A stretch of DNA of 64,000 bases, from positions 1 through 64,000 of the IMG/VR virus record IMGVR_UViG_3300045988_137804. One strand, 5' to 3'. Below the pieces are notes generated by a model. It was not told where the DNA came from and did not search any database. It saw only the letters and a program-made list of their open reading frames with translations. Shown here piece after piece: positions 27,833-37,719 of this stretch. This stretch comes from a virus. The position numbers and the translations under genes were made by a program. Position 1 is the first letter of the stretch, and every line of letters starts with the position of its first letter.

Positions 27833-29780
27833 AGTAGATAGAATTAAAGAATTAATTTCAACACTCAACAAAGCATCAGACGCTTATTATAACAGTGGTA
27901 ATCCTATTATGACAGATTATGAATGGGATAACTTATATGATGAGCTTGCGAAATTAGAGAGAGAAACAGGTGTTGTTTATCTTAATAGTCCTACGCAACA
28001 GGTTGGATATGAGGTTAAAACAAAACTTGAAAAAGTAACTCATTCACATCCAATGCTTTCTCTTGGGAAAACAAAGTCTGTTAATGATTTAGTGAAATTT
28101 TCCAATGGGAGAGATTGTATTATTTCTCTTAAAATGGATGGTCTTACGGTTTTAAATACATATGAAGATGGCAAATTGACCCAAAGTGAGACTAGGGGGA
28201 ATGGTGAGGTTGGTGAATTGATTACTCACAACGCCAAAGTATTTGATAATTTACCTGTATCTATTGATATGGATAAGAAGTTTGAGATTGAGGGAGAAGC
28301 AATTATCACAAAAGAAGACTTCCACAATATTAATTTAAAACTTAAAAATGGTGAGAAATATAAGAACCCTCGTAACTTGGCAAGCGGATCAGTTAGACAG
28401 TTAGATAGTAAAATTACAAAAGACCGTCATGTAAAATTTATTGCTTGGAAGATTCCTCATGGATTTACAAGATTTACAGATGGTTTCAAATTTGCAGAAG
28501 AATTAGGCTTTGATGTTGTGCCTTATTCAAAATATAACAGTAAAACAGATGATATTAATGTAATTGTTGAATATCTAAAAGACCTTGCAGACGTAAAAGG
28601 TTATCCGATTGATGGTCTTGTTATTACATATGATAATGTAGAATATGGCAAATCACTTGGTAACACGGGACACCATCCTAGACATTCGTTGGCGTTCAAA
28701 TTTTATGATGAAGAAGAAGTTACCATATTAAAAGATATTGAATGGGGAATGGGTAAAACAGGACAGCTCACGCCAGTAGCAATTTTCGATGACGTAGAAA
28801 TTGATGGTACAACAGTTAATAGAGCATCACTCCATAATGTTTCCATTCTTAAAGAACTGCAACTTGGTATTGGGGATAAGATTACAGTATATAAAGCCAA
28901 TCAGATAATTCCTCAGCTACGAGAAAATCTTACAAAAAGCAATACAATCACAATCCCATCAACCTGTCCTATTTGTGGAAAACCTACAAAGATTGTAAAA
29001 GATAACGATTCAGAAGTTCTTATGTGTACGAATGATAACTGTGCAGGTAAACTTCTTGGTAAACTTTGTCATGCAGTTAGCAAAAATGCATTGAATATTG
29101 ATGGTTTATCTGAAGCAACAATTCAGAAATTCATTGACCTTGGCTGGTTAAAATCAATCAGAGATATCTATTACCTGCATCTTCATAAGATGGACATGTA
29201 TAAACTCGAAGGATTTGGTAAGAAGTCAGTAGATAAACTTCTTAAATCAATTGAAGAAAGTAGAAATACAGACTTAGTTAGATACATTTATGCACAATCA
29301 ATTCCTTTAATTGGACACACTGCAAGTAAAGCAATTTCTAGAGTGTGTAATGGAGATTTTGACATATTTTTAATGCGTATGTCTGGAATGGAGGATTATA
29401 ATTTTTCATCAATAGATGGCTTTGGGACAGAAATGGTCAAATCACTTAGTAGTTGGTGGGATAAAAATGCTTGGCAATTTACAGATACTGGTCACAACGA
29501 ATTTACATTTAAGAAGAAAGAAACAGTTAATGTATCAGGAACAGATTTAACAGGAAAAGTATTCGTAATCACCGGAAGCCTTAGTCAATTCAGAAATCGT
29601 GATGAGTTAAAAGAAGTGATTGAGAGTCTTGGTGGTAAAGTTTCTGGATCAGTAAGTACCAAAACAGCAGCTTTAATTAACAACGATATTGAATCTTCAA
29701 GTAGTAAGAATAAGAAAGCAAAAAGTCTTGGTATTCCGATTCTTACAGAGAATATGTTTATGGAGAAATATCTAAGATAA
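27825..29780 (+). CDS. ligA: NAD-dependent DNA ligase
   Basis: Adenylation motif KMDGLTV; C4 zinc finger CPICGKPT...CTNDNC; helix-hairpin-helix motifs; C-terminal BRCT (VFVITGSL). Confidence 0.9.
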   Translation: MNKVDRIKELISTLNKASDAYYNSGNPIMTDYEWDNLYDELAKLERETGVVYLNSPTQQVGYEVKTKLEKVTHSHPMLSLGKTKSVNDLVKFSNGRDCIISLKMDGLTVLNTYEDGKLTQSETRGNGEVGELITHNAKVFDNLPVSIDMDKKFEIEGEAIITKEDFHNINLKLKNGEKYKNPRNLASGSVRQLDSKITKDRHVKFIAWKIPHGFTRFTDGFKFAEELGFDVVPYSKYNSKTDDINVIVEYLKDLADVKGYPIDGLVITYDNVEYGKSLGNTGHHPRHSLAFKFYDEEEVTILKDIEWGMGKTGQLTPVAIFDDVEIDGTTVNRASLHNVSILKELQLGIGDKITVYKANQIIPQLRENLTKSNTITIPSTCPICGKPTKIVKDNDSEVLMCTNDNCAGKLLGKLCHAVSKNALNIDGLSEATIQKFIDLGWLKSIRDIYYLHLHKMDMYKLEGFGKKSVDKLLKSIEESRNTDLVRYIYAQSIPLIGHTASKAISRVCNGDFDIFLMRMSGMEDYNFSSIDGFGTEMVKSLSSWWDKNAWQFTDTGHNEFTFKKKETVNVSGTDLTGKVFVITGSLSQFRNRDELKEVIESLGGKVSGSVSTKTAALINNDIESSSSKNKKAKSLGIPILTENMFMEKYLR

Positions 29781-29793
29781 GGAGAACAAGAAT

Positions 29794-29997
29794 ATGATAG
29801 AAACTATGATCGTATTTTTTCTATTTCTATTTATAAATTCATTTGTAATTTCTATATTCTTTTCAGGAATTAGTGGTCTATCATTATGTAGGCGTATATT
29901 ATATTCCTTATTACTTGCTTTAGTACTTTCCGGTTTATTAACATTTTCAACTTTAGCTGTTTACTTTATAGATACAGGAGTGAATTTATTAATATGA
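29794..29997 (+). CDS. small hydrophobic membrane protein
   Basis: Two predicted transmembrane helices. Confidence 0.25.
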   Translation: MIETMIVFFLFLFINSFVISIFFSGISGLSLCRRILYSLLLALVLSGLLTFSTLAVYFIDTGVNLLI

Positions 29998-30545
29998 TTT
30001 ATGTATTACTTGGCAAAACAGCCAGTGGTAAGGACACCATAGCTTCAAAACTGGCTAAAAAAGGACTTAAACGGGTTGTAACTTACACAACCCGTCCACC
30101 AAGAAAAGGTGAAAAAGATGGCGAGAATTATCATTTTATCACTAACGATGAATTTGAAGGATTGATTCAAAGCGGATTTTTCGCAGAGTGGAGGTCTTAC
30201 GACACTGTAGATGGTGTTTGGTATTATGGATCGTCAATAGATAGCTATGATACAGATGAAGATAGAATTATAATTTTGAACCCTGATGGGTTTCATCAAA
30301 TCAAAAAAATCTTAGAACCTGAAAAGGTCAAATCAATTTATGTATATTCAAACATAAAAACAATCAGAAATAGATTAAAAAAACGTGGAGACAAGAAAGA
30401 AGAAGCTGAAAGACGTATTGAACACGACTTAATTGACTTCAAAGGTCTTGAAAATGAAGTAGATAAGATTATGTATAACAACGAAGATGATAATCTCGAT
30501 GACGTAGTTCAAAAAATTCTTTCTTATATAACAGAGAATAAGTAA
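29994..30545 (+). CDS. Guanylate kinase-like nucleoside-monophosphate kinase
   Basis: P-loop LLGKTASGKDTI with guanylate-kinase-like YTTRPPRKGEKDGENYHFI. Confidence 0.6.
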   Translation: MIYVLLGKTASGKDTIASKLAKKGLKRVVTYTTRPPRKGEKDGENYHFITNDEFEGLIQSGFFAEWRSYDTVDGVWYYGSSIDSYDTDEDRIIILNPDGFHQIKKILEPEKVKSIYVYSNIKTIRNRLKKRGDKKEEAERRIEHDLIDFKGLENEVDKIMYNNEDDNLDDVVQKILSYITENK

Positions 30546-30561
30546 GTGGAGGATTAGTTAA

Positions 30562-30756
30562 TTGGTATCAACGACAGCACAATTAGCTAGAGACTTGCAT
30601 AATTTAGGTGACAATTTTGTAATTGCAGTGGATGAAGATGGTGTGGAATACATCATCGATTCCATTGGCAAAGCGTGTAGACATTATGATAACCCATACG
30701 AATATTGTTTAGCACTTAAGTTAAAAAGAGCAAGTTCTGGCTGTATTAAAAGATAG
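30562..30756 (+). CDS. hypothetical protein
   Basis: ORF only. Confidence 0.2.
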   Translation: MVSTTAQLARDLHNLGDNFVIAVDEDGVEYIIDSIGKACRHYDNPYEYCLALKLKRASSGCIKR

Positions 30757-30768
30757 GAGAATATAGAA

Positions 30769-31002
30769 ATGTATATTAATTTTGCAACAGTTAATGACGT
30801 AGCATTATTTACAACAACGTGTGATAAATATGATGAAGATATAGATATCTACTTTGGTCACATGTGTTTTGATGCAAAATCTCTTGGAGCTAATATGAAT
30901 CTAATTGGCAAAGATGCAAAAGTTGTTATTCATACAGATGATGAGTCTGTGGAGAATAAATTTAAAGAGGATGTAAATTTGTGGATTGTAAAGAAAGGGT
31001 GA
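30769..31002 (+). CDS. small protein with a weak HPr-like pattern (no catalytic His)
   Basis: DAKSLGANMNLIGKDAKVVIHTDDES resembles HPr SAKSLFKLQTLGL..G..V.ISAEGEDE. Confidence 0.25.
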   Translation: MYINFATVNDVALFTTTCDKYDEDIDIYFGHMCFDAKSLGANMNLIGKDAKVVIHTDDESVENKFKEDVNLWIVKKG

Positions 31003-31008
31003 TTAAAG

Positions 31009-31248
31009 ATGTGGATTCTATTGAACGACACAACTGAATTAGTTGCATTTAGGAATGGTGCAAGGTTCTTTGATGGAACAATTGAAGTGCAGCAGGGCAG
31101 ATATATTATTGATGCCAAAAGTACACTTGGTCTGTTTAGCTTGGATCTTTCAAAGCCTGTAGATGTGACCATCACATGTGATAGTGAGAGAGTAAAAAAT
31201 AATTTCTATGATTATGTCAAGAAGTGGAGAGCAGAAGATGGCATTTAG
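31009..31248 (+). CDS. small protein with a weak HPr-like pattern (paralog of the preceding gene)
   Basis: DAKSTLGLFSLDLSKPVDVTITCDSE. Confidence 0.25.
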   Translation: MWILLNDTTELVAFRNGARFFDGTIEVQQGRYIIDAKSTLGLFSLDLSKPVDVTITCDSERVKNNFYDYVKKWRAEDGI

Positions 31249-31603
31249 GTATTCTGCATACAATACAACAATTTTCAATTGTCCATGTAAATGCTGTTTG
31301 ACGTGGGAAGAATGTAGCGTTACACAACCATCAAAATGTCAAAGAATATTGGATAATTATGTGGACTACTACGAAAGTAAAAAGAAAATAACTAATAAAA
31401 CAAGATATTCCGAAACAAAGAAATCTAAAGCTATCCGTGAAAAACTTGAGAAAGATTCAAATGACATTGAGAAGTTAATTCTGCAATTGTCAAAAGATGG
31501 ATGTAAAAACGACAATAACGAACTTGTTTTTCTCACATCCAGGTATTCATACATAAAAGAATTGCTTAAAAAATATTGGAAAGATGGTGAGAAAAATGAA
31601 TAA
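31208..31603 (+). CDS. hypothetical Cys-rich protein
   Basis: ORF only. Confidence 0.3.
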   Translation: MIMSRSGEQKMAFRYSAYNTTIFNCPCKCCLTWEECSVTQPSKCQRILDNYVDYYESKKKITNKTRYSETKKSKAIREKLEKDSNDIEKLILQLSKDGCKNDNNELVFLTSRYSYIKELLKKYWKDGEKNE

Positions 31604-32192
31604 ACCTAAACTATTTTTAGATTTTGACAACACAATCGTAGATACAATCGCAGCAGTTGTGTCTCTATACAATGAAGATTACGCATCTAATGAAGGCTTT
31701 GTTCAGATTAATCCTGAAGATGTAACAAGTTGGGAGTTTACCGAATGTAATCTTGCTACATATGAAGAGATTGACAGATATTTTGGTGATGAAAGATTCT
31801 TCCAAAGAGTCAAATTGTATCCAAGTGCAGGTCAAGTCTTACGATCGTTATCCCATAGATATGATATCACTATTGTCTCACATGGGTATGCTAACAATTT
31901 GAGACTGAAAGAAAAATGGGTAAAAGATAATTTGTTTAAAGAAATCTTCGATAGTAGTTGCAATGCTGAATTTGTTGGTGTTGATTGGGAAACACATAAC
32001 GACAAATCTCATGTAGACATGTCTAATTCTATTTTCGTAGATGATTCTATCAGAAATCTCGAAACAAGTAGTGCAAAATATAAAATCTTATATGGAGAAT
32101 ATATGGATTGGAATAATACAAATATTGAGTTCATTCGATGCAAGAATTGGCTCGATTTGAACAATCAGATTTGTCTGATCGAAAGATTTTAA
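31584..32192 (+). CDS. 5'(3')-deoxyribonucleotidase-like HAD nucleotidase (NT5C family)
   Basis: DxDxT motif LFLDFDNTIVDT. Confidence 0.5.
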   Translation: MVRKMNKPKLFLDFDNTIVDTIAAVVSLYNEDYASNEGFVQINPEDVTSWEFTECNLATYEEIDRYFGDERFFQRVKLYPSAGQVLRSLSHRYDITIVSHGYANNLRLKEKWVKDNLFKEIFDSSCNAEFVGVDWETHNDKSHVDMSNSIFVDDSIRNLETSSAKYKILYGEYMDWNNTNIEFIRCKNWLDLNNQICLIERF

Positions 32193-32206
32193 GGAGGTAT
32201 CTGAAA

Positions 32207-32383
32207 ATGGTAGTAACTAATTTTTTATGTTTTTTAGTTGGTGCAGTTATTGGAGTCATAATGACGTGTTTTTGTAATGTTAATTACGATGATTCTCGTG
32301 AAAGAGAATGGAATGAATGGAAAAGTGATATGGAAGAATTCGAACTTGATGAAGATTTGAAAGAAACAAAGGAGGATAAGTAA
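32207..32383 (+). CDS. small membrane protein
   Basis: RBS aaggaggt 10 nt upstream; transmembrane segment NFLCFLVGAVIGVIMTCF. Confidence 0.35.
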   Translation: MVVTNFLCFLVGAVIGVIMTCFCNVNYDDSREREWNEWKSDMEEFELDEDLKETKEDK

Positions 32384-32385
32384 TA

Positions 32386-35300
32386 ATGGTAAGAGTTATT
32401 AAAAGAGATTGCTCTGAAGTTGATTTTGATAAGAATAAAATTTCAACGGCAATCTTAAAGGCTATGAAAAATGGTAGCGGAATTGTTAAACCCAAAATTG
32501 CGGAATCTATTGCAGATGAGATTGAAAAGGAATGTAAGGATCGAGAAGAGATTGATATTTCTGAAATTGAAGCAATGGTATTTGACAAGCTGATTACCAA
32601 AAAACAGAGACTTACTGCAAGAGCATATGAAGGTTATAGAAGTACAAGAGAATTCCAGAGAGAGAATGAGAATACTGTTGACGAGGAAATTCTTGGAATT
32701 GTAGAAGCAAACAACGAAGAATGGAAAGATGAAAATGCGAATAAAAATCCAGCATTAAACCCTACAATTCGTGATTATATTGCTGGATCTGTAAGTAAAG
32801 ACGCAACAAAAAGATTTTTATTATCTCCAGAAATTATTCAGAGTCATTTAGAAGGAATTATTCATTTCCATGATTCAGATTACTTTATTCAACATATGCA
32901 TAACTGCGGATTAGTAAATCTTGAAGATATGCTTCAGAATGGTACTGTTATTAGTGAAACAATGATTGAAAAGCCACATAGTTTTTCTACAGCATGTACC
33001 GTGACTACTCAGATCATTGCTCAAGTTGCATCTAGTCAGTATGGTGGACAGAGTATCTCACTTGCACATCTGGCACCGTTTGTGGATGTTTCCAGAGAGA
33101 AGATCCGTAAGGAAGTGATCAGCGAGCAGGAACTGGTCGGAATGGAATATCCGGAAGATGTGCTCAATGAGATCGTAGAGAGAAGACTGAAAAAAGAGAT
33201 TACAAAAGGTGTTCAAACAATTCAGTACCAGTTAATCACACTTATGACAACAAATGGGCAAGCACCGTTCATCACAATTTTTATGTATCTGAATGAAGCA
33301 AAGAATGAGAGAGAAAAGAAAGACCTAGCGATGTTAATTGAAGAAATGTTACTTCAGAGAAAACTTGGTGTGAAAAATGAAGATGGTGTTTATATTGCAC
33401 CAGCATTTCCAAAACTCATTTATGTTCTTGAGGATGACAATTGTAACGAATCAACAGAATATTGGTATTTAACAGAACTTGCTGCCGAATGCACGTCAAA
33501 AAGATTAGTTCCAGATTACATCTCTGAAAAAGTAATGAAAGAACTTAAAGGTGATGTGTATACATGCATGGGATGTGTTGATGGAAAAGAACTTGTTACA
33601 TATACATATAACAATAATCTTTACGTTGAATCATTTGAAAGAATGTGGAATAGACTTTCTGATAGATTTGAAATAAAACATCAGTATAATGACAACAACC
33701 CAAATCTATATATGGATTTGAGCGATGTAGAAATCTATGACACAGACAAAGGATTTGTTAATACAGAGAGAATAATCAGAAATATATCAACCTCTTGGCT
33801 TGATGTTAATTTTTCCAACGGAAGAAGATTACTTTGTACAGAAGATCACCCACTTACATTAAGAGATGGAAGAACAATCCATGCATCTGAATTAAAATTA
33901 AAGGATAGAATTCTCATTAATTCACATCAGTATAATGAAGAAAATATTGTATTCAATGAAGACAAGGCGTGGTTGTTAGGTTTTATGCTTTGTGATGGAT
34001 GTTATCAAGGCTCTTTATTTTCTTCAATTGCAGCAGAAAATGAAGATGAAATTGCAGATAAGTTTTCAGAAACAATGAAGAAATATTTTGATCTCGATAT
34101 TGAAAAAAAATTACAGCAAAGAGGTAAGAAAGGAACATATTACGATTTGATTGCACATAGTCAGAATGAAAAAATATCTGTGTATTGTAATTATTTCGCT
34201 AAAAAATTCGAAGGTCTGAATAAGATTGATAGACATGTTCCTAATGAAGTATTTTCATGGAATTATTCGTCAAAACTTGCTTTCCTGGCAGGAATGATTG
34301 ATGCAGATGGGTACATTAATAGTTCTCAGAATAAAGGATTTTCTATAGTTCAAATTGGTTCTACAAACAAAGAACTTGCATTACAACAAATGGCACTTGC
34401 ACAGTCTTTAGGTATGCCAGCAAAGCTGTACCATAACCATTACAGTAAACGTAACCCAGAATTGATTAGATACAGAGTTGAGTTTTATCCAACAGATGAA
34501 CTAATTAATTATATTGTATGTAAAAAGAAATATGATAATTATATTGATTCAAATGTATCTAGTTATAATCATGAATCTGAAGTTACTGAAATCAACAAAA
34601 TTAATAAAAAAATGTTTTCTTACGATGTAACAACAACAAGTGAGCATTTTGAAATTAGCGGAATCTATAGTCATAATTGTAGGTCTTTTTTAACTGTTGA
34701 TAGATTTTCTGATAAAGTTGGAAACATTTCTAACGCTAAAAACTTTAATGGAAAACATAAATATTACGGAAGATTTAATCAGGGTGTTGTTACAATTAAT
34801 CTTCCAGATATTGCATTTTCATCTGATGGCGACATGGATAAGTTTTGGGGAATTTTCGAAGAAAGAACAGAATTATGCCATAAGGCTTTAAAGGCTAGAC
34901 ATAACCGTTTGCTTAAAACTTCTTCTGATATTGCACCAATCCTGTGGCAGAACGGAGCATATGCAAGACTTAAAAAACATGAACCAATTGACAAACTTTT
35001 ATTTGATGGATATTCAACGATTTCTCTTGGATATGCAGGACTTTATGAGTGTGTGAAATATATGACAGGAAAATCCCATACAGATGGTGATGTAGGAGAA
35101 AAGTTTGGATTGGAAGTAATGCAAGCATTAAATGATAAATGTAATCAGTGGAAAGAAGCTGAAAACATTGATTATAGTTTGTATGGCAGCCCAATCGAAA
35201 GCACTACGTATAAATTTGCAAAGTGCTTAAAAAATAGATTCGGTGATGATATTTTTATTAAACTTGATGGATTTGATAGAAATTATATTACAAATAGTTA

Positions 35301-35730
35301 TCACGTTCCTGTGTTTGAAAGAATTACAGCATTTGACAAATTTAAAATTGAATCAAAATTCCAAAACCTTAGTCCAGGAGGCGCAATTTCGTATTGTGAA
35401 ATCCCATCAATTAACGTAAATATTCCAGCATTATTGGAAGTAATTAAATTTATTTATGACAATATTATGTACGCAGAAATCAATACAAAAGATTGTTATT
35501 GCGAAGTGTGTGGATACGATGGAGACATTCCACTTATTGACGATGATAACGGTAAACTTGTATGGGAATGCCCTAATTGTGGCAACACAGATAATACAAA
35601 AATGGACATCGCATTTAGAGTTTGTGGTTATGTTGGTACTGCAAAAAATGGTGGAAACCAAGGAAGATATGGAGATATCCACGATAGAGTTTACCACATC
35701 GATGACTTTGAATACGAGGAAAATGAATAA
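32386..35730 (+). CDS. nrdD: Anaerobic ribonucleoside-triphosphate reductase (class III) with an N-terminal ATP-cone and an in-frame intein
   Basis: ATP-cone VIKRDCSEVDFDKNKIS; glycyl-radical motif RVCGYVGT; zinc site CEVCGY...CPNCGN; the extein junction MG|C...SHN|CRSFL. Confidence 0.9.
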   Translation: MVRVIKRDCSEVDFDKNKISTAILKAMKNGSGIVKPKIAESIADEIEKECKDREEIDISEIEAMVFDKLITKKQRLTARAYEGYRSTREFQRENENTVDEEILGIVEANNEEWKDENANKNPALNPTIRDYIAGSVSKDATKRFLLSPEIIQSHLEGIIHFHDSDYFIQHMHNCGLVNLEDMLQNGTVISETMIEKPHSFSTACTVTTQIIAQVASSQYGGQSISLAHLAPFVDVSREKIRKEVISEQELVGMEYPEDVLNEIVERRLKKEITKGVQTIQYQLITLMTTNGQAPFITIFMYLNEAKNEREKKDLAMLIEEMLLQRKLGVKNEDGVYIAPAFPKLIYVLEDDNCNESTEYWYLTELAAECTSKRLVPDYISEKVMKELKGDVYTCMGCVDGKELVTYTYNNNLYVESFERMWNRLSDRFEIKHQYNDNNPNLYMDLSDVEIYDTDKGFVNTERIIRNISTSWLDVNFSNGRRLLCTEDHPLTLRDGRTIHASELKLKDRILINSHQYNEENIVFNEDKAWLLGFMLCDGCYQGSLFSSIAAENEDEIADKFSETMKKYFDLDIEKKLQQRGKKGTYYDLIAHSQNEKISVYCNYFAKKFEGLNKIDRHVPNEVFSWNYSSKLAFLAGMIDADGYINSSQNKGFSIVQIGSTNKELALQQMALAQSLGMPAKLYHNHYSKRNPELIRYRVEFYPTDELINYIVCKKKYDNYIDSNVSSYNHESEVTEINKINKKMFSYDVTTTSEHFEISGIYSHNCRSFLTVDRFSDKVGNISNAKNFNGKHKYYGRFNQGVVTINLPDIAFSSDGDMDKFWGIFEERTELCHKALKARHNRLLKTSSDIAPILWQNGAYARLKKHEPIDKLLFDGYSTISLGYAGLYECVKYMTGKSHTDGDVGEKFGLEVMQALNDKCNQWKEAENIDYSLYGSPIESTTYKFAKCLKNRFGDDIFIKLDGFDRNYITNSYHVPVFERITAFDKFKIESKFQNLSPGGAISYCEIPSINVNIPALLEVIKFIYDNIMYAEINTKDCYCEVCGYDGDIPLIDDDNGKLVWECPNCGNTDNTKMDIAFRVCGYVGTAKNGGNQGRYGDIHDRVYHIDDFEYEENE
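33574..34677 (+). mobile_element. Intein (368 aa) carrying a LAGLIDADG homing-endonuclease domain, inserted in nrdD at the conserved MGCRSF site
   Basis: Starts with Cys (CVDGKE), ends with HN followed by Cys; LAGLIDADG motifs LLGFMLCDGCY and LAGMIDADGYI. Confidence 0.75.
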
Positions 35731-36275
35731 TGAAATATAACTCAATTAGATACATGGACATCAGTAATGGAGAGGGCGTTGGAGTCGCCCTTTTCGTACA
35801 AGGCTGCAATTTCCATTGTCCTTCTTGTTTTAACCAAGATACTTGGGACTTCAATGGTGGCAAAGAATGGACAGAAAAAACTAAAGAAACATTTCTTAAA
35901 TTAGCAGATAAACCATACATAAAAAGAGTTTCATTTCTTGGTGGAGAATGTTTAGCAAATGAAAATCTTGAAGGAGTTTATGATGTTATCAAAGATGTAA
36001 ACGAATTATTTCCTGATAAAAAGATATGGATGTATACAGGCTATACTTGGGAATCTATTTTTAATCCAATTGTGACTGACAATCTTGATCTGGAAAGAGA
36101 TAGACTTATTGAACTCAGAAAAATGATTGTTAAAATGACAGATGTTCTTATTGATGGACAATATATTCATGAACAAAGAGATATGAATTTAAAATTCCGT
36201 GGCAGCAAAAATCAGTGTGTTATTGATACAAAAAAATCTCTTGATCAGGGCAAAATAGTTCTATATCTTGATTAA
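35730..36275 (+). CDS. nrdG: Anaerobic RNR activating enzyme (radical SAM)
   Basis: CNFHCPSCFN CxxxCxxC motif; ATG overlaps the nrdD stop. Confidence 0.85.
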   Translation: MKYNSIRYMDISNGEGVGVALFVQGCNFHCPSCFNQDTWDFNGGKEWTEKTKETFLKLADKPYIKRVSFLGGECLANENLEGVYDVIKDVNELFPDKKIWMYTGYTWESIFNPIVTDNLDLERDRLIELRKMIVKMTDVLIDGQYIHEQRDMNLKFRGSKNQCVIDTKKSLDQGKIVLYLD

Positions 36276-36331
36276 TTAATTATAATGAGGACGCATTAAT
36301 TTGTGTCCTCTTAATTAAAAGGAGCAACAAA

Positions 36332-36604
36332 ATGAACGAAGAAATCAAACCAAAACAAGTTCTATATTATGCACAAATTCTTCCGACAGTTGGTATTTAT
36401 CATGTATTAGAAATGAAAGTAGCAACAGTCTATGATACTTATTTTGCAGTCACAGAAAAGCGTGATAAACATCGCTATTTGTTCAATTATGAAGATGTTG
36501 GTAGAACCATTTTCTTCAATAGAAGTGAGTGTTTAGAAAAAGTAAAATACGCTGAAGCTCATGGCAAAAAAGTAAGCAACGAAACATATTACGAAGAAGA
36601 TTAA
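36332..36604 (+). CDS. hypothetical protein
   Basis: ORF with the RBS aaaggag. Confidence 0.3.
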   Translation: MNEEIKPKQVLYYAQILPTVGIYHVLEMKVATVYDTYFAVTEKRDKHRYLFNYEDVGRTIFFNRSECLEKVKYAEAHGKKVSNETYYEED

Positions 36605-36615
36605 GGTGATAAAAC

Positions 36616-37365
36616 ATGGCGAATAAATTATTAGAATATAAAAATAGATTTCGTTTACGTGTACCTATTTGCGAATCAACTCATGATTTTTCACGTAAGC
36701 TAGATGGAAGTTTAGAAGATATTGATATCTATGTTGATTGTGCTTGTGATTGTAAAATTTTTCATTATGGTCATAAAATTTTTGAAGCATATATTCCATC
36801 TATACAAAGAGGACATAACATTTTAAAACAATTATATTATGAAAATATTAATCCAAATAATGTAAATGTTACTGAGAAAGAAATGGTAGCAAGAGGAACA
36901 AAAACAACAAAACTTTCTTACCATATCATCGACAATGATCTATATAAATCAGAATTAAAATCATCAGATTTTTTCCCATTTATTCAGGAATCAGATTCAG
37001 AAGTTATCTTTAGATTTCACGAAAAAGATTTTGAGAAAGTAATTAAATTATTAAAACCAAAAACTCTTGGTGCAGGTATTTCTCCATTCAGTACGAAGAA
37101 TTTACCTAAACGAAAGTATGAAATAAGTGATGACCAGTTAAGAGAATATAAGAGTATAAACGACTCTATTCCTCAGTCTGATAAATTAAAGCTCTCAAGA
37201 ATTACGAGCGATTTTATCAACAATATTATGTCGAAAAACAAACGATATAATATTGTTGATATGAAAAAATTAATGAGAAAAAAGATGCTAAATGGTAAAG
37301 AATTTATTCACGAAGAAGGTTTCTGGAATGAATATATTTCTTATTTAAAGAAGAGATTGTGGTGA
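36616..37365 (+). CDS. hypothetical protein
   Basis: ORF only. Confidence 0.3.
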   Translation: MANKLLEYKNRFRLRVPICESTHDFSRKLDGSLEDIDIYVDCACDCKIFHYGHKIFEAYIPSIQRGHNILKQLYYENINPNNVNVTEKEMVARGTKTTKLSYHIIDNDLYKSELKSSDFFPFIQESDSEVIFRFHEKDFEKVIKLLKPKTLGAGISPFSTKNLPKRKYEISDDQLREYKSINDSIPQSDKLKLSRITSDFINNIMSKNKRYNIVDMKKLMRKKMLNGKEFIHEEGFWNEYISYLKKRLW

Positions 37366-37371
37366 AGAAAA

Positions 37372-37719
37372 ATGAAACAATTAAAGTTGAGTAAAAAATG
37401 CAAGCATGAAGATTTAGTTGCGTATGGTTTCAGAAAACACGGACTGAATTATAAACTTTCAGTTCCATTATATACATATAAAAAGATTCCGGTTATTAGT
37501 GTAAGTTTTCTCGTTTCATGTCTTGATAATTATGTTGGTTATGATGTGATCGACAACAATTCTGACATGATTTACACAGCTTATTATGACACAAGTTTGT
37601 GCGGAGAGAATAAAGTATTAGAGAAAGTTAAACGAAAACTTGATGAAGTTTTTGAGGAAATGACTGAGAAAAATATTTTAAAAGGAGATAAAGAAGATGC
37701 AGAGAATTGCGAAATTTAG
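37372..37719 (+). CDS. hypothetical protein
   Basis: ORF only. Confidence 0.3.
   Translation: MKQLKLSKKCKHEDLVAYGFRKHGLNYKLSVPLYTYKKIPVISVSFLVSCLDNYVGYDVIDNNSDMIYTAYYDTSLCGENKVLEKVKRKLDEVFEEMTEKNILKGDKEDAENCEI

Noticed and set aside
34697-35194. Small ORFs on both strands inside nrdD
   Set aside because: They are contained within a confidently identified NrdD reading frame.
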